A stretch of DNA of 64,000 bases from positions 82,212,001 to 82,276,000 of the forward strand of contig OX597821.1 in the NCBI GenBank assembly GCA_951406725.2, written 5' to 3'. Shown piece by piece: positions 37,259 to 50,539 of this stretch. The stretch comes from Octopus vulgaris. Taxonomy: Eukaryota. Every line of letters starts with the position of its first letter. Within the stretch, counting starts at the first letter, position 1. Position numbers and translations under genes: made by a program. The notes below the pieces were generated by a model. The model was not told the origin of the DNA. It saw nothing but the letters and a program-made list of their open reading frames with translations, and searched no databases.

Positions 37259-38265
37259 TTATGTATACTCTTGTCTAGACAGTGTGTGATGGTTGTAAAT
37301 GAGTATTATTGTCATTCAAGCAGTCTTCCATAAAAAAAAAAACATATATGGCCATATATAGAGAATCTGTTTCAATAACTTCCATCTGACCCAGACAAGC
37401 ATGGAAAAGTGAACATTATATGATGATGATGATGATAATGATGATGATGATGATGACGATGATGAGGATGCTGATAATGAAGATGATGACAACAACAGCA
37501 ATGACGATGAAATTACTCTGGCTTATTTGACCAAATTTTCTCTGAGGTCATTAATTTAATACCCTGTTGAACCTTATTGAGGATTTATGGCAAGTGATCA
37601 ATTAAAATCTAAATTCCAAGAACTTTTGATAGCAAACAATTTACACGTATGACAATTCTACATTGAGAGTTTGGTATAAATTAAAGATTGTATTATTAAA
37701 ATAGCTTGTTGACAGTATGAAAGAAAGGATTAAAATATTACGAGATAATTGCGTTTGAAGCACTTGTTATTATATTTGGGTTATGAATAAACATAAATTT
37801 GCTATTTTTGTTCTTTAATACAAACACAATAAATGATTTAACTGGAATGAGAACAATGTCTTTGGAAAAAAACAAAATGGAAGAATGATTGTAGGATTTC
37901 CATTGTAAAAACTGTCTGTGCAGAGTTTGTTCTTTTTCAATGATTGTAGCATGGCCATTCTTAGGTTCTGTCTTAAGGAATTTCAGTCAGTTGCCTCACT
38001 TATTTTATTGATCTCTATTTGTTGAATGGCTATATGGCAAACATAAAAGACAACAACGAAAACAATGGCTTGTTTGACAATGATGTTCACTTACAGTGTT
38101 AATATATGCACAGACACAACCATACATACATATGTACATACATACATACATACATAAATACATACATACATACATACATACATACATACATACATAGTAG
38201 AAGACACTTAGCAAAGATGTCTGCAGTAGGATTGAATCTAAACCACAGTAGTATATATATGTAAG

Positions 38266-38670
38266 TGTAGGAGTGGCTGTGTGGTAAGTATTTTGCTTAC
38301 CAACCATGTGGTTCCGGGTTCAGTCCCACTCCGTCGCACCTTGGGCAAGTGTCTTCTACTATAGTCTTGGGCTGACCAAAGCCTTGTGAGTGGATTTGGT
38401 AGACGGAAACTGAAAGAAGCCCGTCATATATATGTATATGTACATATATGTGTGTGTATGTTTGTGTGTCTGTGTTTGCCCCCCCCCCCCCCAATCGCTT
38501 GACAACCGATGCTAGTGTGTTTATGGTGTGTTTAGTGGTTCAGCAAAAGAGACTGATAGAATAAGTACTAGGCTTACAAAGAATAAGTCCTGGGGTTGAT
38601 TTGCTTGACTAAAGGTGGTGCTCCAGTATGGCCACAGTCAAATGACTGAAACAAGTAAAAGTGTAAAGAG
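38266..38670 (+). mobile_element. SINE family A, full length
   Basis: Collinear with 6997-7400. Confidence 0.9.
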
Positions 38671-38711
38671 TGCATATGTATATATATTATTATATATATA
38701 TATCATTCAAA

Positions 38712-38900
38712 ATGTGACCGCGTGTGTACCATTGGCAATTTTTTTCCTCTGTCTTCCCTTCTCTGGATCTTTCCTTCTCCTATGTTTCTGACGAAAACGT
38801 TAAACCCTCCTTCTTTCCTTCTTTCCTGAGCGTCCAATAATACTATATTTGTTCCACGTCCTCATGTTGTGTTTTTTGTGCTTTCATGTTTGGATTAACT
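38712..38900 (+). mobile_element. about 200-bp element in (TA)n, same family as 57061-57270, hammerhead stem II deleted
   Basis: Collinear with the reverse complement of 57061-57270; reads CTGACGAA|AACGTTAAAC. Confidence 0.75.
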
Positions 38901-38918
38901 ATATATATGTGTGTGTGT

Positions 38919-38973
<55 letters not shown>

Positions 38974-39099
38974 CATGTGTATATTTATGACAATATTTCT
39001 GGATGACTACTTCTAAACTGGGGCTGACTCTTGAGTTTTATGTCTGTGCTCTTGTCCACCTCACATCACACTTAAGGATCATAAGAATAATTTTACTAA

Positions 39100-40003
39100 T
39101 TTAGGTTAACCAACTTCGCAAAAGCAGAAATAGGCACAGTTAGTAAAAAAATCTTTGATCCTATTATTTTTATATTTGAAGAAGTAGTTCAGTTCAGTTA
39201 TGGAATACTAGTTTATCAGTCACTGAATGATTTTGTAATGTCTATGAGAGAAAAAATAAGCTGTAGATTTTTCCAGTTTGATAGTGTGGATTTTTATCTC
39301 TAAATCATTATTTCACTTCTGTTACATGCTTTTATCTTTGCCAATTATTAGTGATTCAGATATTAATATTATACTACAGGTTAAGAAATCACTCTTTTCT
39401 CAGAAATGTAACTAAGAAGGCAATGAATTTGTTTGATGTTTTTATGGATACATTTGTTGGAGCAAAAGTGTGTGAAATCAATGTTTTATTATGCATTAAT
39501 TTTATTGTATAAAGGTTCCCACTACTGAATGGAAGAATTTATTGTGATAACAGATTATTTCCCTTGTGAAATATAAATTATATAACATAGATAGAGTTAG
39601 AAAATTGTATGTGAATTAGATTTAGAAATTGCTGTGACATGTAACCTTGTAAACGTTAATTTTCTAGATGTGACATTTGATTTAGAGACAAATAAATTTT
39701 TTCCTTATCATAAACCTAATGAAAGATTATTTTATATTAATAAGGCTTCTAATCATCCACCAAATATTCTCCATAATTTAATCTTCACTATTAGTAGACA
39801 TATATCACCATTATCTTCATGTATAGCAGTTTTCACAAAAGCTTTACAATTCTACAGCAAAGTATGTAATCACGGAGGATTTTCAGATAGAATAGAATAC
39901 ATTCCCATGTTTTTAGCTTCTAAATGTAGATATAGAAATTGTAAAATTATTTGGTAAAATCCAATTTTTAGCTTGAATGTTCAAACAAATATAACCAAAG
40001 GTT
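39100..40003 (+). pseudogene. Penelope-like element reverse transcriptase remnant
   Basis: VNFLDVTFDL...PYHKPNE.L.YINKASNHPPNI and IIW*NPIFSLNVQTNI; upstream decayed FFQFD..DFY and FDV.M..F.GAKVCE motifs; many stops. Confidence 0.85.
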
Positions 40004-40785
40004 TATATACACATATATATGTATATATGCATATACACTCACATACAATTATACAGTGCATATGCATGTGTGTATATCTTAGATTTAAAGTGGGTACATC
40101 ATTTAGCATGGAAAAGCATGATGATGATGATAATGATGATGATATGGATGCTATTAGCAATAGTTAGGTTAGATGAGTATTACCTTGGAAAATTTCCAGA
40201 AGTGTACTTCAAAAGAAGTTTTATCTTATAGCTTATGCTAGCAAACGGGATTAAATATGATGAAAAGTCTCAACCACAGCAGTAGGGGGTTTAATGTGTT
40301 TCATCATAGTCACCTAAGTTATTTCATGTATCCTGATTTCTATACGTGATCTACTTAGGCATATGTTTAGTATTATTAGACTAACTTTGACAAGAAGAAC
40401 TTCACATATGGCATAATATTAACAGCAATGTTATGGGAGATCAGCATCAAATTATTTGGGCATTGCAGTCCTCCATTCCTGAGTATGTGTCCTTTTGTGT
40501 CTAGCATGCAGCAAAGTGTACACCAGTTTAGGATAAACAATTAAGAAAGTGAATGAAATAGGCTCAGTACAAATTTACTCTGCTTAAAGTAAATTCTTTA
40601 TGAAGATTGTTCAGCAACAAAATTCTTTTTGTGTTTCCTGTCAGCACTTTGTGACAATGAAATCAAGACTAGTGAAGCAGTCAAAGTATGATGTTAGAAG
40701 TTCCTAGTCTGAGATTGTATTTTGGCAACAATTATGAAGTATTCATGTCCATCTAGAAAGGAGAATTCATCACCATCATATATAC

Positions 40786-40838
<53 letters not shown>

Positions 40839-40841
<3 letters not shown>

Positions 40842-41369
40842 TCATCATCATCATCATCATCGTTTAACGTCCGCTTTCCATGCTAGCATGGGTTGGACGG
40901 TTCAACTGGGGTCTGGCAAGCCCGAAGGCTGCACCAGGCCAGTCAGATCTGGCAGTGTTTCTACAGCTGGATGCCCTTCCTAACGCCAACCACTCCGAGA
41001 GTGTAGTGGGTGATTTTATGTGCCACCGACACAGGTGCCAGACGAGGCTGGCAGACGGCCACGCTCGGATGGTGTTTTTTATGTGCCACCGACACAGGTG
41101 CCAGACGAGGCTGGCTGACGGCCACGCTCGGATGGTGTTTTCTTATGTGTCACCGACACAGATGCCAGACGAGGCTGGCGGACGGCCACGCTCGGATGGT
41201 GTTTGTTACGTGCCCTCAGCACGGAGGCCAGTCGTTGCAGTACTGGCTACGGTCACGTTCAGATGGTTTTTCTTATGTGCCACCGGCACTGGTACCACAA
41301 GGATACAAATTCCATTGATGTTCATCTATTTTGATTTGGTTTGATTTGATTTGATTTGATTCGATTCGA
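40839..41369 (-). mobile_element. young RTE 3' UTR fragment with about 60-bp internal tandem repeats
   Basis: (CAT)n tail, conserved end, three near-identical TGTGCCACCGACACAGGTGCCAGACGAGGCTGGC.GACGGCCACGCTCGGATGGTG units; inserted in (TA)n. Confidence 0.9.
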
Positions 41370-41385
41370 TATATATATATATATA

Positions 41386-41550
41386 ACAAAAGACAAAGAC
41401 AGGTGGTGTACAAAACAAACAGATGTATTAGTATAACGGTCAGGAATAGAAAAAGTCTTTTACATTTCGAGCCTACGCTCTTCTACAGAAAGGTACACAG
41501 AAAAAACAAAGAGAGAAAAAAAATGTGTGTAGTGGCTAACGATCTATCTA
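41386..41550 (-). mobile_element. short element in (TA)n carrying a hammerhead-like fold
   Basis: Minus strand CUUU CUGUAGA A GAGC-GUAG-GCUC GAAA UG UA AAAG at 41457-41492. Confidence 0.55.
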
Positions 41551-41814
41551 ATATATAATATTATTTGTGGATTAACATAACTACCATTGGTTTCATGTTG
41601 AAAGAACAATAGTCTGGCCTTCCACATGGAACAATGGTATTTGTCTCCATCTTGGATGTAAATACAATGATCTCATGCAAGATTTGGGAATAAACAAAAA
41701 AATACAAACGAAGGAGAACAACTTCCAATTAATTATCGGCCGACCAATGCAAAGCTGAGCACTCAGTCTTACTGTTTGATATCAACATATACCCAGTTTT
41801 ACTCTTAACTCATT

Positions 41815-42385
41815 TACACTGTGTGCACACACGATGGGGTCTAAATGATTTAAGGGGAAAACTGGATGTAAGGGGTATCAAATGTTGTGTGCAAGAGAGT
41901 AGAGTGCACTGGTTTGATTGTGTGATGTGTTTGGGTGAGGACAGCTGTATAAAGAAGTGCCAAGCTCTAATTGTGGAGGGCATATGTGGAAGGAATAGAC
42001 CCAAGAAGACATGGGACGAAATGGCGAGAAAGATCTTCAGACACTGGGCTTCACTGAGGAAATGACAATTGACTGAGAGTTGTGGTGATTTACTGTACTT
42101 GAGAAGGTGTGTCAAGCAAAATAAAATCGCAGTCTTCCACACATACATGATTGTCCTTTACAGGTGCCAGCACCACATAAAATGCACTTCTGTTGGTGCT
42201 ACATAAACACACCCATGCCAGTGGCGCATGAAAGGCCCCCAGCACACTTTATAAAGTGGTTGAGGAAGGGCCTCCAGCTGTAGAAACTACGCCACAACAG
42301 ACAATTGGAGCCTGAGCAGCTCCTGTCAAACTGTCCAACCCATGCCATCAGGGAAAATAGACATCAAACAGTGGTGACAATAATA
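41815..42385 (+). mobile_element. degenerate RTE 3' fragment (RT C-terminus + UTR)
   Basis: GEDSCIKKCQALIVEGICGRNRPKKTWDE matches DEDRCVRKCQSLAVEGTRGRGRPRKTWDE; followed by the family UTR. Confidence 0.85.
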
Positions 42386-42524
42386 ATATACAATGGTAAA
42401 GGCTAAGGACCCTCTTCGGTCATAAATGACCTTAGGGTTGCACCTAGAAAGTTCCCCTCCAAGGCACAAGTCCAGATAAGGATGATATATATATATATAT
42501 AAATGTATGTATATATATATATAA

Positions 42525-42568
<44 letters not shown>

Positions 42569-42732
42569 ATGTATATATATATATATATGTATACATATAA
42601 ATGTATATATATATATATATGTATGTATATGTATATATATATATATATATGTATACATACAGGAGAAGATTGCATTGTTTATACCATTTATTCTTTTGAA
42701 TAGTATCAGTGGAATTTTCGAAACATGTGTTG

Positions 42733-42792
42733 AAAGTAAAAATATTTGATTACACCTGCGTTAAAGTAAAAATATTTGATTACACCTGCGTT
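42733..42792. repeat. perfect 30-bp tandem duplication
   Basis: AAAGTAAAAATATTTGATTACACCTGCGTT twice. Confidence 0.95.
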
Positions 42793-43219
42793 AAACTACA
42801 TTTATTTATTCATATATTATTCAAAATATTCAACGTAAACACGAAGTTTCTACCTTTATAAACAAGGAGTTACAACACCTTTACTTGTGAGATTTTTGCT
42901 GCCCTGGTAACTATTTATTTATTTTTTCTGTGTTAATTGTTAACAAGGTAAAAATTAACTCATCTATTTATATATATATATATATAAACGTTTTAACGTT
43001 AAACTGAAGAATTTACTCAGTATCTTTCAGTAGAGAGTAGAGTAAATGTTTAATTAAACATTTACAAGATGTGGGGGTGACTTTGAAGTTTCAGACTGCT
43101 AAGCCTTTGTCAGACTGATAGCATTCATAGTCGGACAGAGCAGGCCAAAATTCTGAAGCCACTATCACCTCTCCTTTTGTAAAAGTTTGATGTATATCTG
43201 TGTATGCATGTGTGTGTGT

Positions 43220-43261
<42 letters not shown>

Positions 43262-44397
43262 CCAGTGCATTTTGTAATAGCACCATATTCCAATGTTGTG
43301 CACTTTACTCATTTCATAAACTGATCTGAGTGTCAAGTTGAATTGTATTTCTCAACCTGAGACTGTTCTTTTATCTGTAAAGAGCACCTTGAGCATTTTT
43401 TGTGGTTGTATACTTTGTTTATGTTGGATGGCAATTTTCCACATATTTTCATTAAAAGTGTTTATTACCGTGAGATATAAGTTTCAAAGTTGGAGTGATC
43501 TGATGCTCAGTATTATATCTACCAAATATCTATTGTAGAAGCCAACATTATGTCCTATCTCCCCTGCCTAACACGCTTTACTTTGTGAAGAACATTTTAA
43601 TATTTCTGTATGAAAGCCAATTTACACCTAATAATTAATAGACTCAGAGAAGAAAATTTAGCTGTATTTTTTACTCCAATTCTCACTCATTGATGAAGAG
43701 AAGATTTGTTTATTTATTTACCTTGTTTCATAAAAGTAATGATGTTTTTAACTCGTGTTTTTAGAAGTCTAATGCACTAAATCCGAGGTTCATTATGCAT
43801 ATAATTGACTTTAAAATTTATGTTGCAGTCTATTTATTTTCCTACATATTATGAATCGTTTGCATGTTTATGAAACTAATACGTTTTGTAAGCACACCAT
43901 TTTCTAATCTTGTGCACATCATCCATTATCTAAATTGACACTTACTTTAATTGCTTTAATTGTTTCAGTCATTAGATTAGAGCTGTACTGGAGCACAGTG
44001 CTGGAAGGTTTAATCAATTATATCACACCCCAGCTCTTGGTTTTTAAGTTTGGTACTCGTTTCATCAAACTTTATTTGACAAACTTTTAAGTTGTGGGAC
44101 ATAAAGAACATCAATTTTTATGTGGTGTTGATGTAAAGACAGATGTAAACAAACACACACACACAGAAACAGTCACTCACAAACACATGTACACGTGTAC
44201 ACATACTCATATTCACACACATAGACATCATGCACATGCCTGGAAGTAGAAAATTTGTTTCATACATTCATACACACACACACGCACACACATACACACA
44301 CACACATGCACACACATACATACACACACACACACGCAACCCCTCAGAGAAATATATATATATATATATTTCTTATCACACAGCCATACCAGCACTT

Positions 44398-44700
44398 ATA
44401 CAAGGAGCATTCAAAAAGTATCCCCAGCTTCAGTTTTTTCTCACCAAAACTAACAACCATACAGACAAAATCCTTTAGGTGGAATGTAACGCCCCTCTTC
44501 CTGCACATGCCTGAAAATTCTCGTGCTGGTAGACCTCACCAGTTCCTGGTTGTTAGGCCAAGTGTTCAGATGTACAGTGCATGCTCAGTGGATTTTCATT
44601 TCCATGCAAGATGACTGAGTAGATCAAGCCAAGACCACAAACCCATCCCTCATCACCAATGATGATGGTCGGCACATGAAGTTTGGGTTGTGGTTTGCAC
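44398..44700 (-). pseudogene. possible mariner remnant
   Basis: Minus-strand IIIGDEGWVCG resembles the IITGDETWVY first-Asp motif; TIR-like start TACAAGGAGCATTCAAAAAGTATCC. Confidence 0.4.
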
Positions 44701-44818
44701 AGTCTAGAATGTCCTGAGTGATTTGAATGTGAAGTTGCTTCTGCTGCTCTGGCAAAAAAAGAAAAATGACCATCCCCAACTATAACAATAAACATACATG
44801 CATACATACATACATACA

Positions 44819-44853
<35 letters not shown>

Positions 44854-45507
44854 GATGTATATAAACCATCAAAATCATTTAACTTCCACTTTCCATACTG
44901 CCATGATTTGGACAGTTGGACAGAAGCTAGCAAGCCAGAGACCTGTGCCAAATTCTGCTGTCCACTTTGACATAGTTTCTATGAGTGGATGCCCTTTACA
45001 GAGTGTAATGGCTGCTTTTTATACACACACACACACACACACACATCTTTTATTTATCTTTTATTTGTTTCAGTTATTTGTCTGTGTCTGTGGCCATGCT
45101 GGAACATTTCCTTGAAGAATTTTAGTTAAGCAGATTAACTCAATACTTCATTTTTTTAAAGTCTGATACTTTTTCTATGGTCAACACAGGTTACATATAT
45201 ATATATATATAATAACAATTTAATAAATAAAACATATACATACATATATACATATATGTACATACCTACATCTATATGTATATATATACATGCATATATG
45301 AGTACAGGACACCACAAATAAACGTAGAACGCAACGAGAAATGAAAACATAAAATCAAACAAGGAAACGGACTTTTTTTAACAACGAAAAAACAGAGTAC
45401 AAGACAAACAATGCAAGGAATATACCCCTTCATCAGCTGCCCCTGTTTCGACTCAATGCATATATATATATGATTAGCTTCTTTCAGTTTCTGTCTACCA
45501 AATCCAC

Positions 45508-46062
45508 GCTCTCCAGCCATCTATTTAAAACTGTATACAGCTATAGTACAACCACACTTGGAATTCGCATCATCAGTTTGGAACCCCTATCTTGCTCAGA
45601 ACATCGACCTCCTGGAATCTGTCCAGAGACGTGCAACCAAACGCATACCCTCCATCAGACACCTACCATATTCTGAGTGCCTTGTTTCCTTGGGCATGGA
45701 TTCCCTGAAGCTCCGGCATCTGGTGACGGACTTGGTAAACACCCACAAAGTTATCAACCACCTCACCAACAACAACACTGAACACCTTTTTGATCTCCAT
45801 GTGTCCAACACACGTGGACATGCCTATAAAGTTAGAAAACAACACAGCTCCCATAACTTTCGGAAACATTTTTTCACACTCAGAGTTGCTGAAGCATGGA
45901 ATAAACTGCCTGTGTCAGTTGTTGACTGCCATGACACTGCATCCGTTAAGGCCCTCATGCTTTCCGAAATCTGCTGAAACTACACCTGATTATATATACA
46001 CTTTAGATGAGTTGTAGTGCACCTGAGCACTGTACACAATTATTATTATTATTATTATTATT
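45508..46062 (+). mobile_element. CR1-clade LINE 3' fragment inserted in a family-A SINE
   Basis: LYTAIVQPHLEFASSVWNP...LESVQRRATK...TRGH...FFTLRVAEAWNKLP; (TTA)n tail; the host SINE breaks at AAATCCAC| and resumes at |AAGGCTTTGG. Confidence 0.92.
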
Positions 46063-48280
46063 AAGGCTTTGGTCAGCCTTAGATGAAACACTTGCTAAAG
46101 GTGCCATGCAGTGGGAGCGTGTGGTCAGAAGTTTGTTCCCCAACTGTGGTTAAAGAATAAATTTCTGACCACACAGCCACACCTATGCCTGTATCTGTGT
46201 ATATTATATATATGTATGTATCATATATGTGTGTTTTATAGACAGATAAATAGATAAATAAATAGAGAGAGAGAAAGAGAGAGAGATAGCTTCATAACTT
46301 TACATATATTCATACACACGCATAGATTTGACGTGGACTGTGCACTTTTACTGTGACCTACTCAAGACATACCAAGTCCCATTTCTTCCTTTGTCTTCTG
46401 TGAAATTTTGATTGTTACAACAATTTGATCTGAACCAAAAATCAAAAATCAAGAAGAAAACTTATGCTATAGGAAAATCATGTCTCATTCTGTATTTGTC
46501 CATTCTGACAGGAAGCCAAAAACTATAGTTTATATATTTGTATTTTTAGGATGTCTTGCTTTGCATAGCTCTCTATTTATCTATCAATCAATGTCTCTCT
46601 TACTCTCTCAATATACATACATGCATACATACATACATACATACATATATATATATATTTATATATACACACACATACACATATATAAACACACATTATA
46701 TATACATACACACACACATTACATATATGCATACACACACACACACGCATTATATATCAATGTTAAAAGTATCTCTCAAAAGTCACAAGATATGGTGAAA
46801 ATAATGAGAAGAAAATACACAATTCTTTTCATCTTGTAATTAATTAAATTATTCCAGAATACATTATTACAATCAAATTTTTCAAAATACATTGTTACAT
46901 ATTCCAAAGTATATTATTACATATTGATTTCACTCCGCATGTAATAGCCATTGTAATGTACATGTGTAATGTCTTGCTGTTAGCCTTCTGTTAAGACATG
47001 CTAGAGGTCGTTGACTGAAAATAGTGTCATTATAGACACACATGTAAGGGAGATGATGAGGCGTATTTTATGAACCAAAATTTGCTATTAACACAGTAGT
47101 TATCATGGGAAATGAAATTATATACTTTAAACATTCAAAGAGAAAACAAATACATTTTAACAAATAAATGTTGAATGTTTGAATTAACAATAAACTTGAT
47201 TAATATATTTCAATAAAAATGTTTATTTGCTAATTTTTGTTGTTTTGTTGTACTTTCTGCACATTGATATAAGGAGAATACTACAAACTTTGGCTACTGA
47301 ATTCACTTAATAGAATTTTTCAAATGTTTGGGTCATGCATTTGTTGTCAGTGAACTGACATCCATTTTAGAAGAGGCGTAACTCTTTGGCTAATGTAGTA
47401 CTCACCACGTTCACAGCATATGATGACATAAATTTTATGAAAATCATGTAAAATTATTTTTCACTTTAAAATTTTGTCCTTTCAAATGGAATTCATAAGC
47501 TTCATATACATGAGTACAAATTCCACTATGACCAGATCATAGACTTTTATGAAGGACCAATTTTATAGATAACTCCTACGCTGGTGCTGAGAAAGTTTTC
47601 ATAGACATCTTCCATTGTAGTAGTAATAGTCCAATGTGATTTCCAAAAGAATGTTATTAACTCAAGAAGTGCATGCCTAATGAACGAAGGGAAGGGAATC
47701 TGGAAGAAATTTGTACATCGGTAGTATATAGCAAAAAAATAAAATGAAGGCAAAGGGAAATAAGTGCACGAACCTAATTCAAAATAAATTAGAATGCAAC
47801 TAAGCATCATGAAACGTTTTGTCTGCCTTTCTGCCAATCTTGCTTAATATGTTTATGTTTGTATTGCGAGAGAAGTAGATAAGTTGTCAATAACAATAGA
47901 ATTTAAGAAAAGAAATATTTGATAAATAAACTACATTTTCACCCATGCCTTCAGTATTATATCCAAGCAATAAACATAATATTTTAAAAGTAAATAATTA
48001 TATATGTTATGTTTCTCAAATACACTCCCTTTTAGAAATATGCGTTAAAATTCATTTTTCTTACTATTTTCCCTAAAATTTTTCAAAATTCACTATGTAT
48101 ATATGTGTGTGTGTATATATATATATATATAGCAAAAACTTTCCGATGAACAGCAATGGGAAACTCAGAGTAACAGGTTTTGTTGAATTTTCTGCTGCTT
48201 TAAATAAAGCATATTACTCTACCACTGGTATTTGAGTACTCTTTTTTCCACCTTGTTTCACATTTATGTGTTTACTCCGG

Positions 48281-48316
<36 letters not shown>

Positions 48317-48719
48317 CACACACACACACATAAATGATGTTGAACAGTATGTCCCTGATTGTGGTATGTAACAGGATGGCATGTTACCAACAGTTTCGCA
48401 TTAGCTATTGCACTGAGCAGTATTAACAATGCATCAGATATGCTTACTGGCACATAACTGTCAGTAACATTCAGCTCATTTATATGCCACAACCAGTAAT
48501 ATACTGCTCAGCAATATAAAAATGAAACTGCTTTATTTCTGTGCATTTTTTCCTTACTTATAGATAACGAACAAATAACGCACTCACGCATACACACACG
48601 TGCATTCGTTTTTGTATATATTCTACATGTGTATATATATATGCATTTATTCATGTACACAAATGTGTTTATGTATGTGTATATATGTGTGTGTGTTTGT
48701 ATTTGCTTGTATGCTTGTG

Positions 48720-48751
<32 letters not shown>

Positions 48752-49552
48752 GTAAATATAATGTAAATAGGCAAATATATATATATATACATTTGTGTAT
48801 ATATATGTATGTGCATCTATAAAATGGCTGTCCAACCTCAATCAATAGTTACTTTGATCAATTGTTCAATTATTGCAATAATAGGAATGAAGAGTGGAAT
48901 CTTCCAGTGTAGTTGAACTAATCCAATCGAGCTTAATTCTTCCATGAAAGAGGAAATTTCATCTATTAAACCTATATCGCTAGACTTGTTTATTAAGAAA
49001 TTTCATACTGTGCTGTACATTGGTAAAACTAAAGTCTCTTATTTTTATTGCGCCCGGCAGCATTTTTTTGCAACTAATTGATTCCAAGTTGTTACAAAAG
49101 TAACAGTGAATATTTGCAGATTCCTGGAAATGCTAAAGTTTTATGTCAGTGATATTAACTGAACAGAAAATGGCAATAAACCATTTCATTTCAGTGTTAG
49201 AGTTAATATCTTTGTGACTGATAGCAGTTTAGGTTTTAGAAGAATTCTAGATGTTCCATTATGATGATGTTCTATAATGACGATATTGGCAATGATGAGG
49301 ATGAGGATAATTATGAAGATGAGAGGATCAATAATGACTTCTATCATAGACCCAAGGCAATAAATATTGTGGGGGGGGTACAATCAACTGATTTAATTGA
49401 TTCTATTCTAACCCCCCACCCCACCCCAACCCAGTACAATATTTGACTGGTACTTACCTTTTCTAGACCTCAGCAGAATCTAAAGAGATGCAACTAAGTA
49501 TCATAAAACATTTTGTCAGCCTCTTTACAAATATTGCTGTCTACCAATCTTA

Positions 49553-49584
<32 letters not shown>

Positions 49585-50003
49585 GGCATCATTGAAAATG
49601 ATAATGCAAAGATCCTGTGGGATTTTATGATTTAGTGTGACGATGAGTTAGAGAATAGGAAGCCAGACATAGTCTTAATTGAGAAAGAAAACAAACTATG
49701 CTGGATCATAGATATAACATGCCCAGCTGACAACAAGGTATGCGATAAGGAAGAAAGAAAAGTCGAGAGATATGACAGGTTAGCTTGGGAGGTAAAGCAG
49801 TTGTGGTCGATGAAAAAGGTGGTAGTAGTATCAATAATTGTTGGAGCCCTGGAAACAGTGAGTAAAAATCTTGAGAAGTACAGGGAACAAATAGGGGCTG
49901 CAATAAGAGTGGAGCACTTGCAGAAAACATCACTGCTTGGAACTGCTCGAATAATAAGAGGTGTTACCTTAGTTCACTGGCAGTGTTAGAAGCTGTGCAA
50001 AGG
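49585..50003 (+). mobile_element. Dong/R4-type RLE non-LTR 3' fragment 1
   Basis: ENDNAKILWDF.I*CD..LENRKPDIVLIEK....WIIDITCP.D...K...Y..L...V.QLW...IIVGAL...LQKTSLLGTARIIR: restriction-like endonuclease PD..D motif; preceded by (TAA)n. Confidence 0.85.
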
Positions 50004-50018
50004 CAATGATAATAATAA

Positions 50019-50392
50019 AGAGCATGTATGATAATCGACATAGCATGCCCAGGTGACAACAGAATCAATGTGAAAGAAGAAGTAAAAATAAACAACTATG
50101 ATGGTTTAAAATGGGAAATACGAAGGTTGTGGTCAATGAAGAGAGTAGACATGATGCCAATAGTAATTGGTGCACTTGGAAGTATCTGCACTCAAAAACC
50201 AGCATGGCTGAAAAAGATTGGTGCAAGTGTGAAGGTAGAACACCTACAAAAATCAGCATTACTTGGAACTGCAAGAATTCTTTGCAGGGTTCTTGAAGCA
50301 TGACCAGTAAATATGTGTCAACTTAGTCTGCTGGCTGTGGACAGCTGACACTTTCCATCACACCCAGCAAAATTAGCTGTGGGTTTACATTG
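50019..50392 (+). mobile_element. Dong/R4-type RLE non-LTR 3' fragment 2
   Basis: IIDIACPGDNRI...YDGLKWEIRRLW...PIVIGALG...LQKSALLGTARIL, short UTR, then (TAA)n. Confidence 0.85.
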
Positions 50393-50393
50393 G

Positions 50394-50430
<37 letters not shown>

Positions 50431-50450
50431 TGATGATGATGATGATGATG

Positions 50451-50539
<89 letters not shown>
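50393..50539. repeat. (TAA)n/(TGA)n microsatellite
   Basis: Read directly. Confidence 0.97.

Noticed and set aside
36705-41295. CRISPR-like appearance of the 21-25-bp and 60-bp repeat runs
   Set aside because: No unique spacers and no cas genes; both runs sit inside RTE 3' UTRs in eukaryotic DNA.
45425-45455. Minus-strand GAAAC...CTGATGA as a hammerhead
   Set aside because: The core strands are too close for a type II fold and no GAAA follows the stem.
48406-48428. miR-92-like (TATTGCAC) and minus-strand miR-8/200-like (TAATACTG) seeds
   Set aside because: Only seed-length matches; the rest of the mature sequence and the hairpin geometry do not fit.
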